42,356 nt of DNA from Gemmatimonadales bacterium (GCA_013812695.1 JACCSZ010000293.1:1-42356); one strand, 5' to 3'. Shown: positions 8,302-18,751, counted from the first letter of the stretch. A program made the numbers and translations. The notes: generated by a model from the sequence alone, not told the origin.

Positions 8302-11300
8302 GGCGCGCCCGAAGCAGAAATCCCGGTGAAAGGCTGCCCCCCTGCAGGTCCGCGCGCAGCCAGCGGCGCAGGGTGTACTCGAGTTCGAATCCCGGTCCGA
8401 GGCTCGACCGCGAGGACTGCTGGCTCTGGCTACCGAGCTGCAGGGGCAGTTGCAGATCCAGAAAGAGCCGCGAGCCCAGATAGCGGCCGGCGGTCAGCGT
8501 AAGCCCTCGCGACGGCTCCTGGCGGATCTGGAACACGTCGAAACCGAGTCCCTGCCCGGCCGCGTTCGAGATCGCGTTCGAGAGCGAGCTCAGCGCCACC
8601 TGCTCACCGGCGTTGGCCCCGCCGCCCTCGCCCTCGAACAGCGGATTGTCCGAGGCCGGGCGGCCGGTGACGATGTACGAGAGAATATCGTCCTGGCTCA
8701 TCGTCGGCTCGGAGCTGAAGTCGAGGTTCAGACTGTCGAGCCGCCCTTTGGCGTGCACGGCGATGAGCACGCCTTCGTCGTTGCCGCCACCTTGGGTGGG
8801 CACCTGGTACGAGGCGTTCACGTCAAGAGTGGTCGAGTCCACCGGTCCCGCGAGCGTGATGTCGCCGTCGGTCAGGCGGAACTGGCGGCCGTTCAGCTCC
8901 AGCGTTCCGCGCTCGGGCACCGGTTCGACCCGACCGAAGAATCGCATGTCCTGGCCGGGCTGCTGGGTCAGGCGCAGGCTGCCCATCAGCTCGATGTCGG
9001 CTTTCGGGCTGCTGGTCCGCCGGATCCATACCTGTCTCGGCATCCGGATGGCCAGATCGAGCTGCACCCGATCCATCAGGCCGGCCGTTTCCTCCGCATG
9101 CGAGAGCACTGCGGGGCCGAAGTCGCGCGCCAGCTCCCGGAGCTCCGCCGGCGTCAGCTCCACCTGTTCCACCCTCGCCTGCGCCGCCGCCGCGCCGACG
9201 AAGAAATCGGTGCGGTCGAGCTGCAGCGTGCCCCGGAGCGATGGCTGGAGCAGCGTGCCGCCCAGCTCGAGCCTCCCGGAGGCCGCGGTTCGGAGCTGAT
9301 CCGAGTGGACCAGCCGGAAGTGCCGGAGCTCGGCCACGAGCTGGAGACCCGGATCGCTCAACGGCCGGAGCCGAATGGCGCCGCTTGCGGTGAGCTCCTG
9401 CTCCTTGCCGGTCAGCAGGCGCAGCCGGTCGATCCGGAGCGCATCGCCTTCGAGCCGGCCGGCCAACTCGCCGCCTTCGTACGTGATTCCGATGGCAGGC
9501 AGCTCGAGACCGGCGCGCGTCAAGGTGATGTCGCCCGCCGCCCGCGGTGTCCGGATGCTCCCCCCGATCCGCGCGTCCGCCAGCAGCCGTCCTTGCAGGC
9601 CGGTGGCGGCATCCGGGGGCAGCAGCGGCTGGAACAGCGCCAGGTCGAAGCTGTCGGCGCGCACCGCGAGCGACACGGTATCGGCCTCGAGCGGCTCGCT
9701 CCCGATGGCGGCGGCGGTATCGCGCGGCGCGAGCGTGAGCCGGTAGGGCAGGGTGCCGTCGACCGTCAGCGCGCCGCCACGGCGGGGCGTCGCGGCCGCC
9801 GCGACCCGGAGCCCGGCACTGGTCCAGTCGACTTCGGTGCCCAGGGTGCCGAGCTCCTGGCCGCTGCCGGATACGATCGCGAGCCCCATCTTTCCCCGCA
9901 GCCGCGGCGACGCGGCGGGCCCCGAGAGCCGGAGCACGCCATCGAGCCGGCCACCGATCGGGACCAATCCCGTCGCCCGCAACGCCTCGAGGTCGAGCGC
10001 GGCGATGCGAAGCGTCATGTCGCTCTCGCCGCGCCGGTCGAACACCCCGTCCACGGTCACGCTCCTGTTGCCGGAGCGAAGCGCGAGGTTCTCGATCTCC
10101 ACGCTCGGACCGAACGCGAAGGTCGCCGGCCGCTCGAGCGCCCAGGCTCGGCCGCCCTCCTCGAGCGTGAGCCGCTGCAGCTCGGCGCGCACGGTGTCGC
10201 GCGCGCTCGAGACGGTGCCGCGGATCCGGGTGGCGACCCGCACGCTGTCGCCCACGTTCAGGTCGAGGTCGAGCGCCACGGTCGAGTCGTACCCGCCGAC
10301 GGCGGTGAGCTCACGGAGCGAGAGCTCGCCGTAGGCGGCATCCTTGACCCGGAGATCCCCAGACACGGCGCTCACCCGGGTGCTGTCGAGCGTCGCCGCG
10401 GCGGTGAGGGTGACCCGATTGGCCAGGTTGCCGCCGAACGCGACGCCATGAGCATCCGCGCCGCCTTTGAGCCGCCAGCGCCAGGCCGGTCCGCCTGCCG
10501 CGAGGTGCACGCGCGCCGAGTCGAAGCCCACCGTATCGATGTCCAGGAGGGCGGCCACCGGCGCCAGGTCGCCGAGCGTCGCGATCAGTGTGAGCGTGCC
10601 CGGATCGGGGCCCGGCCGGAGCTGCAGCCGCCCCGCGCCGTCGAGCACGGCGACATTGGAGCGCACCACCACGGTATCGATCTGGAGTTGCCCCGAAGCC
10701 GGGCTCATGACCAGCCGAAGCGCCGGCACCCGGACCCCGCCGAAGCCGCCCATGGCGTCCACGGTGCCGCCCACGCCGCGGAGGCCGGCGCTGTCCGTCT
10801 CGATGTCGAGCGCGAATCGCGACTCGATGCGTCCGTCCGCATCGCGCCGATCGGTCCACCTGGCGAGATGCTCGACCCGGATCGTGCCGTCCGCGGACAG
10901 CGTGGTCCCGTCCGCCCCCGGCGCACTACTGAGCCTGGCATCGAGCGCCGCGTCGGGCCCGTCCGCTCGGAGTGTCGCCTCCATGCGTCGGCCCGTGACG
11001 CGGGCATCGACCGAGCCGGACCTGAGCTCGGCCCGGTTCACTGTGGAAGGGAGCAGCACCGCAGCCAGCCCGGCCCGGAGGCTGTCCGCCGAGTGGCCGG
11101 CCGCTTCCGCCGTGAAGGTCGAGTTGAGATCGGTGCGGAGATCGGGCCGGGCGAGCAGCGTGCCGAGATCGATGGCCGTGAGCCGGCCCTCTCGAACCCG
11201 GTACCCCGGGGTGTCGGCGCCGGGGGTGCCGTCGCCGGCGAGCGAGAGCGTGCCGCCGGTGGTGTGGACGGTCGCGTCGTAATCGAGGCGCGCACCGTCG

Positions 11301-13393
11301 AGCCGAACGGTCGCGTCACCGCCGGTGACCACGACGCGGCCGACGCGGGACGAGTCCACAGTGACGCGCGCACGCCCGGAGCGGGCAGTGCCGCGGATAC
11401 GGCCTTCGCCGGCGATCGAGAGCGTCACCGGCCCGGCGAGATCCGGCCGGCCAAGCAAGGTGCCCACGTCCACGTGCTCGAGCGCGGCCCGCCGAACCAC
11501 GTAAGACGCAGTGGAGTCGAACGGCCGGCCCAGCGCCTGGAGCACCAGCCGGCCGCCTTCCAGCGCGCCTTCTCCATCGAGCCGAAGCCGGCCGCGGTCG
11601 AGGCGGGCCACCACATCGACTCGCTCTACGCGGCGCGCGCCGTAGCGCAGCTCGTCCAGGTGCACGATGCCCGTCGCCCGCGCCGTCTCGGGTGTTGTGC
11701 CGCGACCGGACAGAGTAAATGTGCCGCTGAGCGGGGCGGTGGCGGTGTCGCGTGTGAGTCGGCCCAGGTCTACACGGTCGATCCGTCCCCGCCGGAGCTC
11801 GTAGGCAAGCGTGTCGCCCAGGGTAACGCGGCCGACGGCGCTGATCGTCCCGCCGCCCGCCAGTAACGCCGGGCGGAGCTCGAGTCGCCCTCCGGCCAGC
11901 CGGATCATCACATGGCCGACGGATACTCGGCCGCCGGTGTCGGGCACGGCGGCGAGGTCCACCCGCCCTCGGACCGTGGCCGAGTCGGCCGACGCGCCAC
12001 GACCAGCGACCCGGAAGCGGACCTCGAGTGCGGGGTTGCCGTCCGGTCCGGCCAAGGCGCGGGCCAGCGCCGCCGTCCCCGGCATACGCAGTAGCGTGCC
12101 CCTGATGTCGTACGTGGGGATCGAATCGAAGGGCCGCGCTGTCCCCGTCGCGGTCACCGACCCGGTGTCGAGCGCACCGCGGAGTGTCAGAGACGCGCTA
12201 CCGCGGGTGAACCGGGCGCCGAGCTCGAGCCGGCGCACGGCGGTGGCGCCGACCGTCGATGCGCCCAGCGTGAGCCGCGCGTGGCCGGTCGCGCGCGGCA
12301 GCGGCCCATCCATCTCGGCGTCGAGGCGCCCGTTCACCTCACCCGCCGGGGCTGCGGAGCTGAGCCGCGAGGGGTCGAGCTCCGTGACGACGCCCTGCAT
12401 GCGATACGCGGACGGCTTGCCCTCGCGCAGCGTGGTGCTGCCATCGAGCTTCAGTCGGCCGCGGTCCACCGATGCCGCGAGATGCCCCGTGATCAGGTTG
12501 CCGTCGCCCTCCGCCCGGGCATCGAACTGGAGCAGGCCGGATGTGGGCACCAACGGGGTCAGCCCCGCCAGGTCGGCGAGGTCGAGCGGCCGGGCAGCCA
12601 GCCGGACGTCGAGTCGATCCACCAGCCGCGCCTCGCGGAAGCTCCGAGGGAGCACGACTCGCCCGCTGAGGTCGCTCGTCTCGGTGTGAACGCGAAACGG
12701 GTCCAGCCGGATCTCGTCGGCGGTCACGCCGCCGCGAGTCGCCACGGAGAACCACCGATCACCGCCGGACGGCCGGACCGCCAGACGGATCGAGTCGATC
12801 TCCAGCCGTACGGTGTCGCCGAGCGCGAGGTCGTGTGCCGCCAGCTCCTGGACGCGCAGGCGCACCACCGAATCCGGCGCCAGCACGGCGGCCACCGTTA
12901 CCTGGCGTATGCGGAGCCGGGTGATCATGAATTCGCCGCCGCTCGTCGTATCGGACGATTGGCGCACCACGTCGAGGAGGTCCCAGCCGTCCCCCCGCCG
13001 CCGGGTCGTGATCTGCGCGCCGGTAACCTCCAGCTCGTCCAGTCGGCTGACCGGCGGCCGGAGCCGCGGCAGGTGATAGCCCACCCGAAGCCGGTCGATG
13101 TGGGCCAGGAGTCGGCCATCCTGAACGAGCCCGACATCTTCCAGCGTGAGCCCGCGCAGCACATTGCCGGACACCCGGCCAACCTCCAAACGGTTGCCCG
13201 GGTTGAAGGGAGCCAGCGTGAGCAGCTTACGGACGACGGCTGTGGCGACCGGCGGGAGTTGCAACAGCGCCAGCAGGATGACCACAATCCCCAGCAGCGT
13301 CGCGAGCCCGAGCCCGATGCGGCGGAGCCACCGGCGAGGCGGGCGCGAGCTGGTCGGCCGTGCGTCGGTCTCGGGGTGGGTCATCACGCTCAA
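8291..13393 (-). CDS. tamB: translocation and assembly module protein TamB (DUF490 C-terminus)
   Basis: About 1700 aa. An N-terminal TM anchor (RRIGLGLATLLGIVVILLALLQLPPV) is followed by a long repetitive beta-rich body. The C-terminus reads LDFSSEPTMSQDDILSYIVTGRPAS...GFDVFQIRQEPSRGLTLTAGRYLGSRLFLDLQ, as in DUF490. Start options are TTG 13393, GTG 13387 and ATG 13384. Confidence 0.85.
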   Translation of the reverse strand: MSVMTHPETDARPTSSRPPRRWLRRIGLGLATLLGIVVILLALLQLPPVATAVVRKLLTLAPFNPGNRLEVGRVSGNVLRGLTLEDVGLVQDGRLLAHIDRLRVGYHLPRLRPPVSRLDELEVTGAQITTRRRGDGWDLLDVVRQSSDTTSGGEFMITRLRIRQVTVAAVLAPDSVVRLRVQELAAHDLALGDTVRLEIDSIRLAVRPSGGDRWFSVATRGGVTADEIRLDPFRVHTETSDLSGRVVLPRSFREARLVDRLDVRLAARPLDLADLAGLTPLVPTSGLLQFDARAEGDGNLITGHLAASVDRGRLKLDGSTTLREGKPSAYRMQGVVTELDPSRLSSAAPAGEVNGRLDAEMDGPLPRATGHARLTLGASTVGATAVRRLELGARFTRGSASLTLRGALDTGSVTATGTARPFDSIPTYDIRGTLLRMPGTAALARALAGPDGNPALEVRFRVAGRGASADSATVRGRVDLAAVPDTGGRVSVGHVMIRLAGGRLELRPALLAGGGTISAVGRVTLGDTLAYELRRGRIDRVDLGRLTRDTATAPLSGTFTLSGRGTTPETARATGIVHLDELRYGARRVERVDVVARLDRGRLRLDGEGALEGGRLVLQALGRPFDSTASYVVRRAALEHVDVGTLLGRPDLAGPVTLSIAGEGRIRGTARSGRARVTVDSSRVGRVVVTGGDATVRLDGARLDYDATVHTTGGTLSLAGDGTPGADTPGYRVREGRLTAIDLGTLLARPDLRTDLNSTFTAEAAGHSADSLRAGLAAVLLPSTVNRAELRSGSVDARVTGRRMEATLRADGPDAALDARLSSAPGADGTTLSADGTIRVEHLARWTDRRDADGRIESRFALDIETDSAGLRGVGGTVDAMGGFGGVRVPALRLVMSPASGQLQIDTVVVRSNVAVLDGAGRLQLRPGPDPGTLTLIATLGDLAPVAALLDIDTVGFDSARVHLAAGGPAWRWRLKGGADAHGVAFGGNLANRVTLTAAATLDSTRVSAVSGDLRVKDAAYGELSLRELTAVGGYDSTVALDLDLNVGDSVRVATRIRGTVSSARDTVRAELQRLTLEEGGRAWALERPATFAFGPSVEIENLALRSGNRSVTVDGVFDRRGESDMTLRIAALDLEALRATGLVPIGGRLDGVLRLSGPAASPRLRGKMGLAIVSGSGQELGTLGTEVDWTSAGLRVAAAATPRRGGALTVDGTLPYRLTLAPRDTAAAIGSEPLEADTVSLAVRADSFDLALFQPLLPPDAATGLQGRLLADARIGGSIRTPRAAGDITLTRAGLELPAIGITYEGGELAGRLEGDALRIDRLRLLTGKEQELTASGAIRLRPLSDPGLQLVAELRHFRLVHSDQLRTAASGRLELGGTLLQPSLRGTLQLDRTDFFVGAAAAQARVEQVELTPAELRELARDFGPAVLSHAEETAGLMDRVQLDLAIRMPRQVWIRRTSSPKADIELMGSLRLTQQPGQDMRFFGRVEPVPERGTLELNGRQFRLTDGDITLAGPVDSTTLDVNASYQVPTQGGGNDEGVLIAVHAKGRLDSLNLDFSSEPTMSQDDILSYIVTGRPASDNPLFEGEGGGANAGEQVALSSLSNAISNAAGQGLGFDVFQIRQEPSRGLTLTAGRYLGSRLFLDLQLPLQLGSQSQQSSRSSLGPGFELEYTLRRWLRADLQGGSLSPGFLLRARRAY

Positions 13394-13509
13394 TATGGGC
13401 GACGCGCCGACCTGGTCGGCGAAGGCGCGAAATGTCCGGGTTCTCGAAGCGCGGCCCGGGCTCCCCCGGACCGCGCCTCGATTGTACTATGTGACGTGAC
13501 GGCCCGTGC

Positions 13510-13986
13510 TCATGCCGCCGCGCGCCTTGCCGACCCCGTCATCGCGCCGGCCAGCAGTTCGGAGACGTAGCCGAGCACCGCGCCGATCACCAGCGCGATG
13601 ACGGTTCTGCTCCAGCTTCCATTCGCTCCGACGACTACGCTGACCGCGGTAGCGGCGCCTAAGAACGCCCCGGGGATGAAACTGAGAGCGCGGACCTTCG
13701 ACTGCATGACCATACAGATCGCCGCAAGGCCGACGAGCAACGACAGCACGGGAACGCCGCCACCGAACCGGTTCCACGCCGTGAGCGCAAGGAGAGCCCA
13801 GAAGACGCCGCTCAGATTCGTGGCGATCGTCCTCATCAGCCCGTCCGTCTTGCCGCCGGCCGCGAAGAAGGAGCCCCAGGCCACGATGCCCGCCCACACC
13901 GGGAGCGCGCCCGGTCCCAGCGCGACGTACGTCCAACCGGCGATGAGGATGCCGATGCTGAGGGCCAAGGCAACCAGTGCGTCCAT
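13510..13986 (-). CDS. DUF1097 (YcdZ-like) inner membrane protein
   Basis: ATG at 13984-13986. The 158-aa product has 4-5 TM segments. [23 protein letters not shown]...[16 protein letters not shown]...GAVLGYVSE parallels the YcdZ family as I remember it. The track ORF is over-extended to 14157. Confidence 0.8.
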   Translation of the reverse strand: MDALVALALSIGILIAGWTYVALGPGALPVWAGIVAWGSFFAAGGKTDGLMRTIATNLSGVFWALLALTAWNRFGGGVPVLSLLVGLAAICMVMQSKVRALSFIPGAFLGAATAVSVVVGANGSWSRTVIALVIGAVLGYVSELLAGAMTGSARRAAA

Positions 13987-14171
13987 GTAGTACCTCCATC
14001 GGTGAAGGACGGAAATGCACCTGTCCGGCCACGGCCACGCGGGACGAACGAGACGGGGTAGGTGAGCGGGCACGCAGCGGAGCAACACCGCGACGTTACA
14101 GCGCGTGCGCGGAAGCGTCAAGGTTAGTGGATGTTCGGAGATCATCCCGTCCTGCACCGAAAGGCGTGTCG

Positions 14172-15464
14172 ATGTACATCGTAGTGATGGGAGCGGTGGC
14201 TCTCGTGCTCGGGTCCCCCGTCAACGCCATTCAGCACCCTGGCGCGCAGGACAGCTCGCGCGTGCTGATCCTCGTGCCCGACGCGGTCTGGGACGGCGTA
14301 GCCGGCTCGCCGGCGCGCGGCTGGGTCGTGGTGGTGCGGGGCGACCTGATCGACGCGGTCGGCCCCGCCTCGCGGGTGACTCCACCCGCGGGCGCCGAGC
14401 GGATCTCGCTGGCCGGCACCACCCTCATCCCCGGTCTGATCGAGGGCCATGCGCACCTCTTTCTGCACCCCTACGACGAAACGCTGTGGGACGCCCAGGT
14501 GCTCGCGGAGCCGCTCGGTCTCCGGATCGCGCGCGCCGTGGCGCACGCGGGGGCTACGCTCCGGGCCGGCATCACCAGCGAGCGCGACCTGGGCACCGAA
14601 GGCGCGCTCGACAACGATGTCCAGCTCCGCCGGGCCATCGACGAGGGGATCGTCCCGGGGCCACGGCTGCTCGCCGTCACGCGCGCCATCGTGGCCACCG
14701 GGAGCTACGCGCCGTCGCGCACTCGCTACGCCTTCGACCCGCCGCAGGGTGCCGAGGAGGCCGATGGCGCCGAGGCGATCGTCCGGGTCGTGCGCGGGCA
14801 GATCGGCCGGGGGGCCGACTGGATCAAGGTGTACGCCGATTTTGGCTGGGGGCCGGCCGGCGCGCTGCGGCCCACGTTCACCCAGGCGGAACTCGACCTG
14901 CTCGTGGCGACGGCGCGCGGCGCCGGCCGTCCCGTCGCGGCCCACGCGATGACGCCCGAAGGCATGCGGCGCGCGGTGCTCGCGGGCGTGGAGACCATCG
15001 AGCACGGCGACCACGGCACGCCCGAGGTGTACCGCCTGATGCGCCAGCGCGGCGTGGCGCTCTGCCCCACGCTCGCGGCGGGCGAGGCCTACGCCGCCTA
15101 TTTCGATGGTTGGGTCAAGGGGCGCGACCCGCCCCTTCCCGCCCTCGTCGCCAAGCGCGCCGGCTTCCGCGCCGCGCTCGACGCGGGTGTGCCGATCTGC
15201 TTCGGTGGCGACGTCGGCGTCTACCGGCACGGTGACAACGTGCGCGAGCTGGAGCTGATGGTCGAGTACGGGATGACGCCCATCGCCGCGCTTCGCGCCG
15301 CGACGAGCGGGAACGCCAGGATCTTTCATCTCGAATCCCGGGTCGGGCGGGTGGCGCCCGGGCTCCTGGCCGATCTCGTCGCCGTGGAGGGAGATCCGAC
15401 GCGCGACGTCACGGCGCTCCGGCGCGTCCGGCTGGTGCTCAAGGGCGGAGCCCGGGTCAGGTGA
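14172..15464 (+). CDS. secreted metal-dependent amidohydrolase (imidazolonepropionase/prolidase-like superfamily)
   Basis: ATG 14172. Signal-like N-terminus [19 protein letters not shown]. HxH motif [13 protein letters not shown]. Later metal-ligand regions read [19 protein letters not shown] and CFGGDVG. The stop overlaps the rmuC start. Confidence 0.85.
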   Translation: MYIVVMGAVALVLGSPVNAIQHPGAQDSSRVLILVPDAVWDGVAGSPARGWVVVVRGDLIDAVGPASRVTPPAGAERISLAGTTLIPGLIEGHAHLFLHPYDETLWDAQVLAEPLGLRIARAVAHAGATLRAGITSERDLGTEGALDNDVQLRRAIDEGIVPGPRLLAVTRAIVATGSYAPSRTRYAFDPPQGAEEADGAEAIVRVVRGQIGRGADWIKVYADFGWGPAGALRPTFTQAELDLLVATARGAGRPVAAHAMTPEGMRRAVLAGVETIEHGDHGTPEVYRLMRQRGVALCPTLAAGEAYAAYFDGWVKGRDPPLPALVAKRAGFRAALDAGVPICFGGDVGVYRHGDNVRELELMVEYGMTPIAALRAATSGNARIFHLESRVGRVAPGLLADLVAVEGDPTRDVTALRRVRLVLKGGARVR

Positions 15465-16627
15465 CGGGGTTCCCGCTGCTGCTCCTCGCTCTGGTGCTCG
15501 GCGCGGCGCTCGGCGCGTTCATCACGTGGCTCGCGCTCCGCGGCGCGGCCGCCGAGCGGGCCCGGCTGCGGGACGCCTTCGGCGCGCTCAGTGCCGAGGC
15601 GCTCCAGCGCAACAACGAGAGCTTTCTCCAGCTCGCCCAGACCAAGCTGGGCGAGTTCCAGCAGGGCGCGGCGGGCGATCTGGAGGCGCGCCGGAAGGCG
15701 GTGGACGAGCTGGTCCGGCCGATCCGCGAGTCGCTCGAGCGGGTCGGGGGCACGCTGCACGACGTGGAGCTCGCGAGGACCGGCGCCTATGCCGCACTGC
15801 TCGAGCAGGTGAAGTCCATGGCGCAGTCCCAGCACCGGCTCCAGGCGGAAACCGGCAACCTCGTCAAGGCGCTGCGGGCGCCGAGCGTACGCGGGCGGTG
15901 GGGCGAGATGCAGCTCCGGCGGGTGGTCGAGATGGCGGGAATGCTGGAGTATTGCGACTTCGACGAGCAGGCCAGCGTGGTGACGGCCGATGGCCTGCTC
16001 AGGCCGGATCTGGTCGTCCGGCTCCCGGGCGGCAAGACCGTCGTGGTCGACGCCAAGGCGCCGCTCGCCGCCTACCTGGACGCGCTCGACGGACCCGACG
16101 AGGACCGAGCGCTCCGCCTCAAGGATCACGCCCGCCAGGTGCGCGACCACATCGTCCGGCTCGGCGGCAAGGAATACTGGAATCAGTTCCAGCCCGCGCC
16201 GGATTTCGTGGTGATGTTTCTGCCGGGCGAGACCTTTTTCAGCGCGGCGTGCGAGCAGGACCCCTCGCTGATCGAGTTCGGCGTGGGGCAACAGGTGATC
16301 CCCGCCAGCCCCACGACGCTGATCTCACTGCTTCGCGCGGTGGCCTACGGTTGGCGACAGGAGCAGATCGCGCGGAACGCCCAGGAGATCAGCGAGCTCG
16401 GCCGGCAGCTCTACGAGCGGCTCGGGACGATGGCCGGGCATTTCGAGGACGTGCGGCGCGGGCTCGAGCGGGCGGTGGAGGGATACAATCGCACCGTCGG
16501 GTCGCTCGAAACCCGCGTGCTCGTCTCCGCGCGACGCTTCCGGGATCTCGGCGCTGTCGTCGGCGAGCTGCCGGAGCTGGGACCGGTGGAGCAGGCCCCG
16601 CGCGCGCTGCAGACGCCGTCGTCGTGA
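15461..16627 (+). CDS. rmuC: DNA recombination protein RmuC
   Basis: GTG 15461 overlaps the upstream TGA as GTGA. An N-terminal TM and coiled coil are followed by the nuclease-like core [23 protein letters not shown]...[22 protein letters not shown]...EYWNQF...[11 protein letters not shown], characteristic of RmuC. Confidence 0.9.
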   Translation: MTGFPLLLLALVLGAALGAFITWLALRGAAAERARLRDAFGALSAEALQRNNESFLQLAQTKLGEFQQGAAGDLEARRKAVDELVRPIRESLERVGGTLHDVELARTGAYAALLEQVKSMAQSQHRLQAETGNLVKALRAPSVRGRWGEMQLRRVVEMAGMLEYCDFDEQASVVTADGLLRPDLVVRLPGGKTVVVDAKAPLAAYLDALDGPDEDRALRLKDHARQVRDHIVRLGGKEYWNQFQPAPDFVVMFLPGETFFSAACEQDPSLIEFGVGQQVIPASPTTLISLLRAVAYGWRQEQIARNAQEISELGRQLYERLGTMAGHFEDVRRGLERAVEGYNRTVGSLETRVLVSARRFRDLGAVVGELPELGPVEQAPRALQTPSS

Positions 16628-16631
16628 GAAG

Positions 16632-16703
16632 CCCGTCACCCTGAGCGAAGCGAAGGGAGCAGGACCCGACGCATGCCCCCTTCGCTTCGCTCAGGGTGAC
16701 GGG
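16632..16703. repeat. palindromic repeat element / bidirectional terminator-like hairpin (26-bp perfect stem, 20-nt loop)
   Basis: The left arm cccgtcaccctgagcgaagcgaaggg (16632-16657) is the exact reverse complement of 16678-16703. The element sits between the convergent rmuC and M20 peptidase genes. The right arm supplies the last codons and the stop of the peptidase gene. It is related to the element at 35294-35359. Confidence 0.75.
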
Positions 16704-18106
16704 CCGACCCTCCCCGCCACCGCCCGCACCAACCGCGTCGTGAACTCGAGACCCCGGTAGAACGCGTCCACCCGAATCCGCTCGTCCTGCCCGTGCGCCC
16801 GGATGTCGTCCGCGTCGAGCGCCACGGCGGAGATGCCGTAGACCGGAATCCCCGCGTTCCGGAAGAACAGGCCGTCGGTCGCCCCGGTCTCCATGCTCGG
16901 CACCACCGCGGCCCCCGGCCACATCGAGGCGGTGATGCTGTCGATCGGCTCGAGCACTTCCGGGACCAGCGGCGACGACGGGGACGGCACCGCCGCCGAG
17001 GTGACCGTGATCTGCACCGCGGTGTCGGCCACGAGACGCCGGATCGTCTCGATGACCGTGTCCGGCGACTCGTCCGGCAGCATGCGGCAGTTCACGTTGG
17101 CTGCCGCCGTCTGCGGGAGCGCGTTGGCGGCGTGGCCGCCCTCCAGTTGCGTCGCGACGCAGGTCGTCCGAAGCACGGCATTGAACCAGGCCGACCCGGC
17201 CGAGAGCCGCCGCATGGCCGTCGTGTCGCCGGTCTCACCGACCATCCGCATCCGTGGGGCGATCGTATCCGGCGCGGAGGCCGCCGCGCGGGTGAAGTAG
17301 GCGCGCGTCACCTCGTTGAGCCGGGCCGGGAACTGGTACCCGGCCAGACGGGTGAGCGCGGCGCTCAGCCGGTAGATGGCGTTCTCCTTGACCGGCAACG
17401 AGCTGTGGCCACCCGGGTTCCGCACCTCGAGCCGCAGGTCCATGTACACCTTCTCGCTCGCCTGGACGTTCCGGGCATAGACCTGGCCGTCCCGCATGAC
17501 CGGGTCGCCCCCGTCGCCATTGATCACGTACTCGGCGTCGATCAGCGGCCGGCGCTTGGCGAGCAGCCATTGCACGCCGTTGTCGTCGCCGCCCTCCTCG
17601 TCCGCGGTCAGCGCGAGGATGACGTCGCGGTCGAGCGGCACCCGCTCGCGCTTGAGCCGGATCATCGTCTGCGTGAAAAGCGCCGCCATGTTCTTGATGT
17701 CGCTCGTGCCGCGGCCGTAGAAATAGCCGTCCTTTTCGGTGAGCGTGAACGGCTCGAGCGACCAGTCCTCCCGCCGCGCCTCGACGACGTCGAGATGCGC
17801 GAGCAGGATGATCGGCTTGCGCGCCCCGCTGCCGCGGAGCCGCGCCACCAGGTTCTGCCGGACCGGATGCGGCCCCGCGATCACGATGTCCTTGGCTGGA
17901 AACCCCGCGGCCAGCAGGCGGCGGCGCACGGCCCGCGCGGCGATGGTCGTGTTGCCGTGATCGTGCGTCGTATTGATGCCGACCAGCTCGGCGAAGAGGG
18001 CGCGGGCCCCGCGCTCGTCCACCGATGTCTGGGCCCGGGCGGCCGGCATCGGGGCCAGCAGCGCCAGCGCGACGATCGAGACGCGGGCGATGATGCGGAG
18101 AGCCAT
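16691..18106 (-). CDS. M20 family metallopeptidase (carboxypeptidase/aminoacylase-like), secreted
   Basis: ATG 18104-18106. Signal peptide MALRIIARVSIVALALLAPMPAARAQ. M20 hallmarks are present: ILLAHLDVV, GRGTSDIKN, LTADEEGG, GGHSS and the C-terminal AHGQDERI. Confidence 0.85.
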   Translation of the reverse strand: MALRIIARVSIVALALLAPMPAARAQTSVDERGARALFAELVGINTTHDHGNTTIAARAVRRRLLAAGFPAKDIVIAGPHPVRQNLVARLRGSGARKPIILLAHLDVVEARREDWSLEPFTLTEKDGYFYGRGTSDIKNMAALFTQTMIRLKRERVPLDRDVILALTADEEGGDDNGVQWLLAKRRPLIDAEYVINGDGGDPVMRDGQVYARNVQASEKVYMDLRLEVRNPGGHSSLPVKENAIYRLSAALTRLAGYQFPARLNEVTRAYFTRAAASAPDTIAPRMRMVGETGDTTAMRRLSAGSAWFNAVLRTTCVATQLEGGHAANALPQTAAANVNCRMLPDESPDTVIETIRRLVADTAVQITVTSAAVPSPSSPLVPEVLEPIDSITASMWPGAAVVPSMETGATDGLFFRNAGIPVYGISAVALDADDIRAHGQDERIRVDAFYRGLEFTTRLVRAVAGRVGPSP

Positions 18107-18185
18107 GTGAACCGTTTCGTGTTGGGAAGGATGGAATATATCCGGCGGGAAACCCTGGCCGGCGCGTCGAGGAGGTCTCCGCGCG

Positions 18186-18223
18186 CCAGCGAGGCCCGGA
18201 GCTTTCGCCCCGGGCCTCGCTGG
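18186..18223 (-). terminator. 14-bp perfect GC-rich hairpin after the Trp-rich small gene (no U-tract)
   Basis: ccagcgaggcccgg (18186-18199) pairs perfectly with ccgggcctcgctgg (18210-18223). The hairpin lies about 45 nt downstream of the stop at 18268 on the minus strand. It has no T-run, so intrinsic terminator function is inferred only. Confidence 0.45.
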
Positions 18224-18267
18224 ACCTGCGTGCTCATCGTGCTGGACTTCGCTGTCCGGCTTGGATG

Positions 18268-18606
18268 CTACAGCTGCCGCGTCCTGCCGATGCCCGCGTC
18301 ACTCATCTTATCCGTGTCCAAGTCATGCTGCTGCCCGGTGACGCGATTCCAGGCGTCCTTCACGGCATCCTTGACGTTTTCCCAGGTCGACGCGACAGCC
18401 GACCGATTCTCGACCTTGTCCCACCCGGTCCGTAGATCGCCTTCCACGTCGTTCCAGTTCCGGCCCATGTGGTGCGTGCCGGACTCGAAGCCGTACTGAT
18501 ATGCCGGCCGGATATCCTGATAGTCTCGATCGGAGGCGTACGGGCGCGTACTGAAGTTCTGCTCCCACCACTTGTCCTCTTGATCCCAGGTTCGTTTATC
18601 TGCCAT
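18268..18606 (-). CDS. small Trp/Asp-rich conserved hypothetical protein
   Basis: ATG 18604-18606 has GGAGGA 4 nt upstream; the track start at 18618 would contain that SD. The product is MADKRTWDQEDKWWEQNFSTRPYASDRDYQDIRPAYQYGFESG...WNDVEGDLRTGWDKV...STWENVKDAVKDAWNRV. Its GC content is lower than its surroundings, but the composition is clearly sense-like. Confidence 0.7.
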   Translation of the reverse strand: MADKRTWDQEDKWWEQNFSTRPYASDRDYQDIRPAYQYGFESGTHHMGRNWNDVEGDLRTGWDKVENRSAVASTWENVKDAVKDAWNRVTGQQHDLDTDKMSDAGIGRTRQL

Positions 18607-18718
18607 GCTGTCCTCCATGGTGCTGGTGAAACCACGGGTTCATGGTAGCCCGTGGTCCAGGATCGCGAGGTGAGCCGGATCACCCCCCTGATCGCGTCAG
18701 GCCGAGCGCAGCCAAAAA

Positions 18719-18751
18719 TCGCGACCTGCCAGAACGCCCTGCAGGTCGCGA
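18719..18751. promoter_or_regulatory. 11-bp perfect inverted repeat in a divergent intergenic region
   Basis: tcgcgacctgc (18719-18729) and gcaggtcgcga (18741-18751) are separated by 11 nt. The repeat lies in the 385-bp gap between the divergent genes starting at 18606 (-) and 18991 (+). Confidence 0.3.

Noticed and set aside
8450-11866. 1138-aa plus-strand ORF, and similar very long ORFs: 6484-8502, 1861-2973, 3406-4410, 14142-15329, 19668-20879, 20218-21660, 33260-35278, 35532-36962 and 37404-38939.
   Set aside because: All lie antisense or out of frame to ORFs with recognisable domains. Their peptides are dominated by Arg/Pro/Gly/Ala/His runs. Stop codons are simply rare in such GC-rich DNA.
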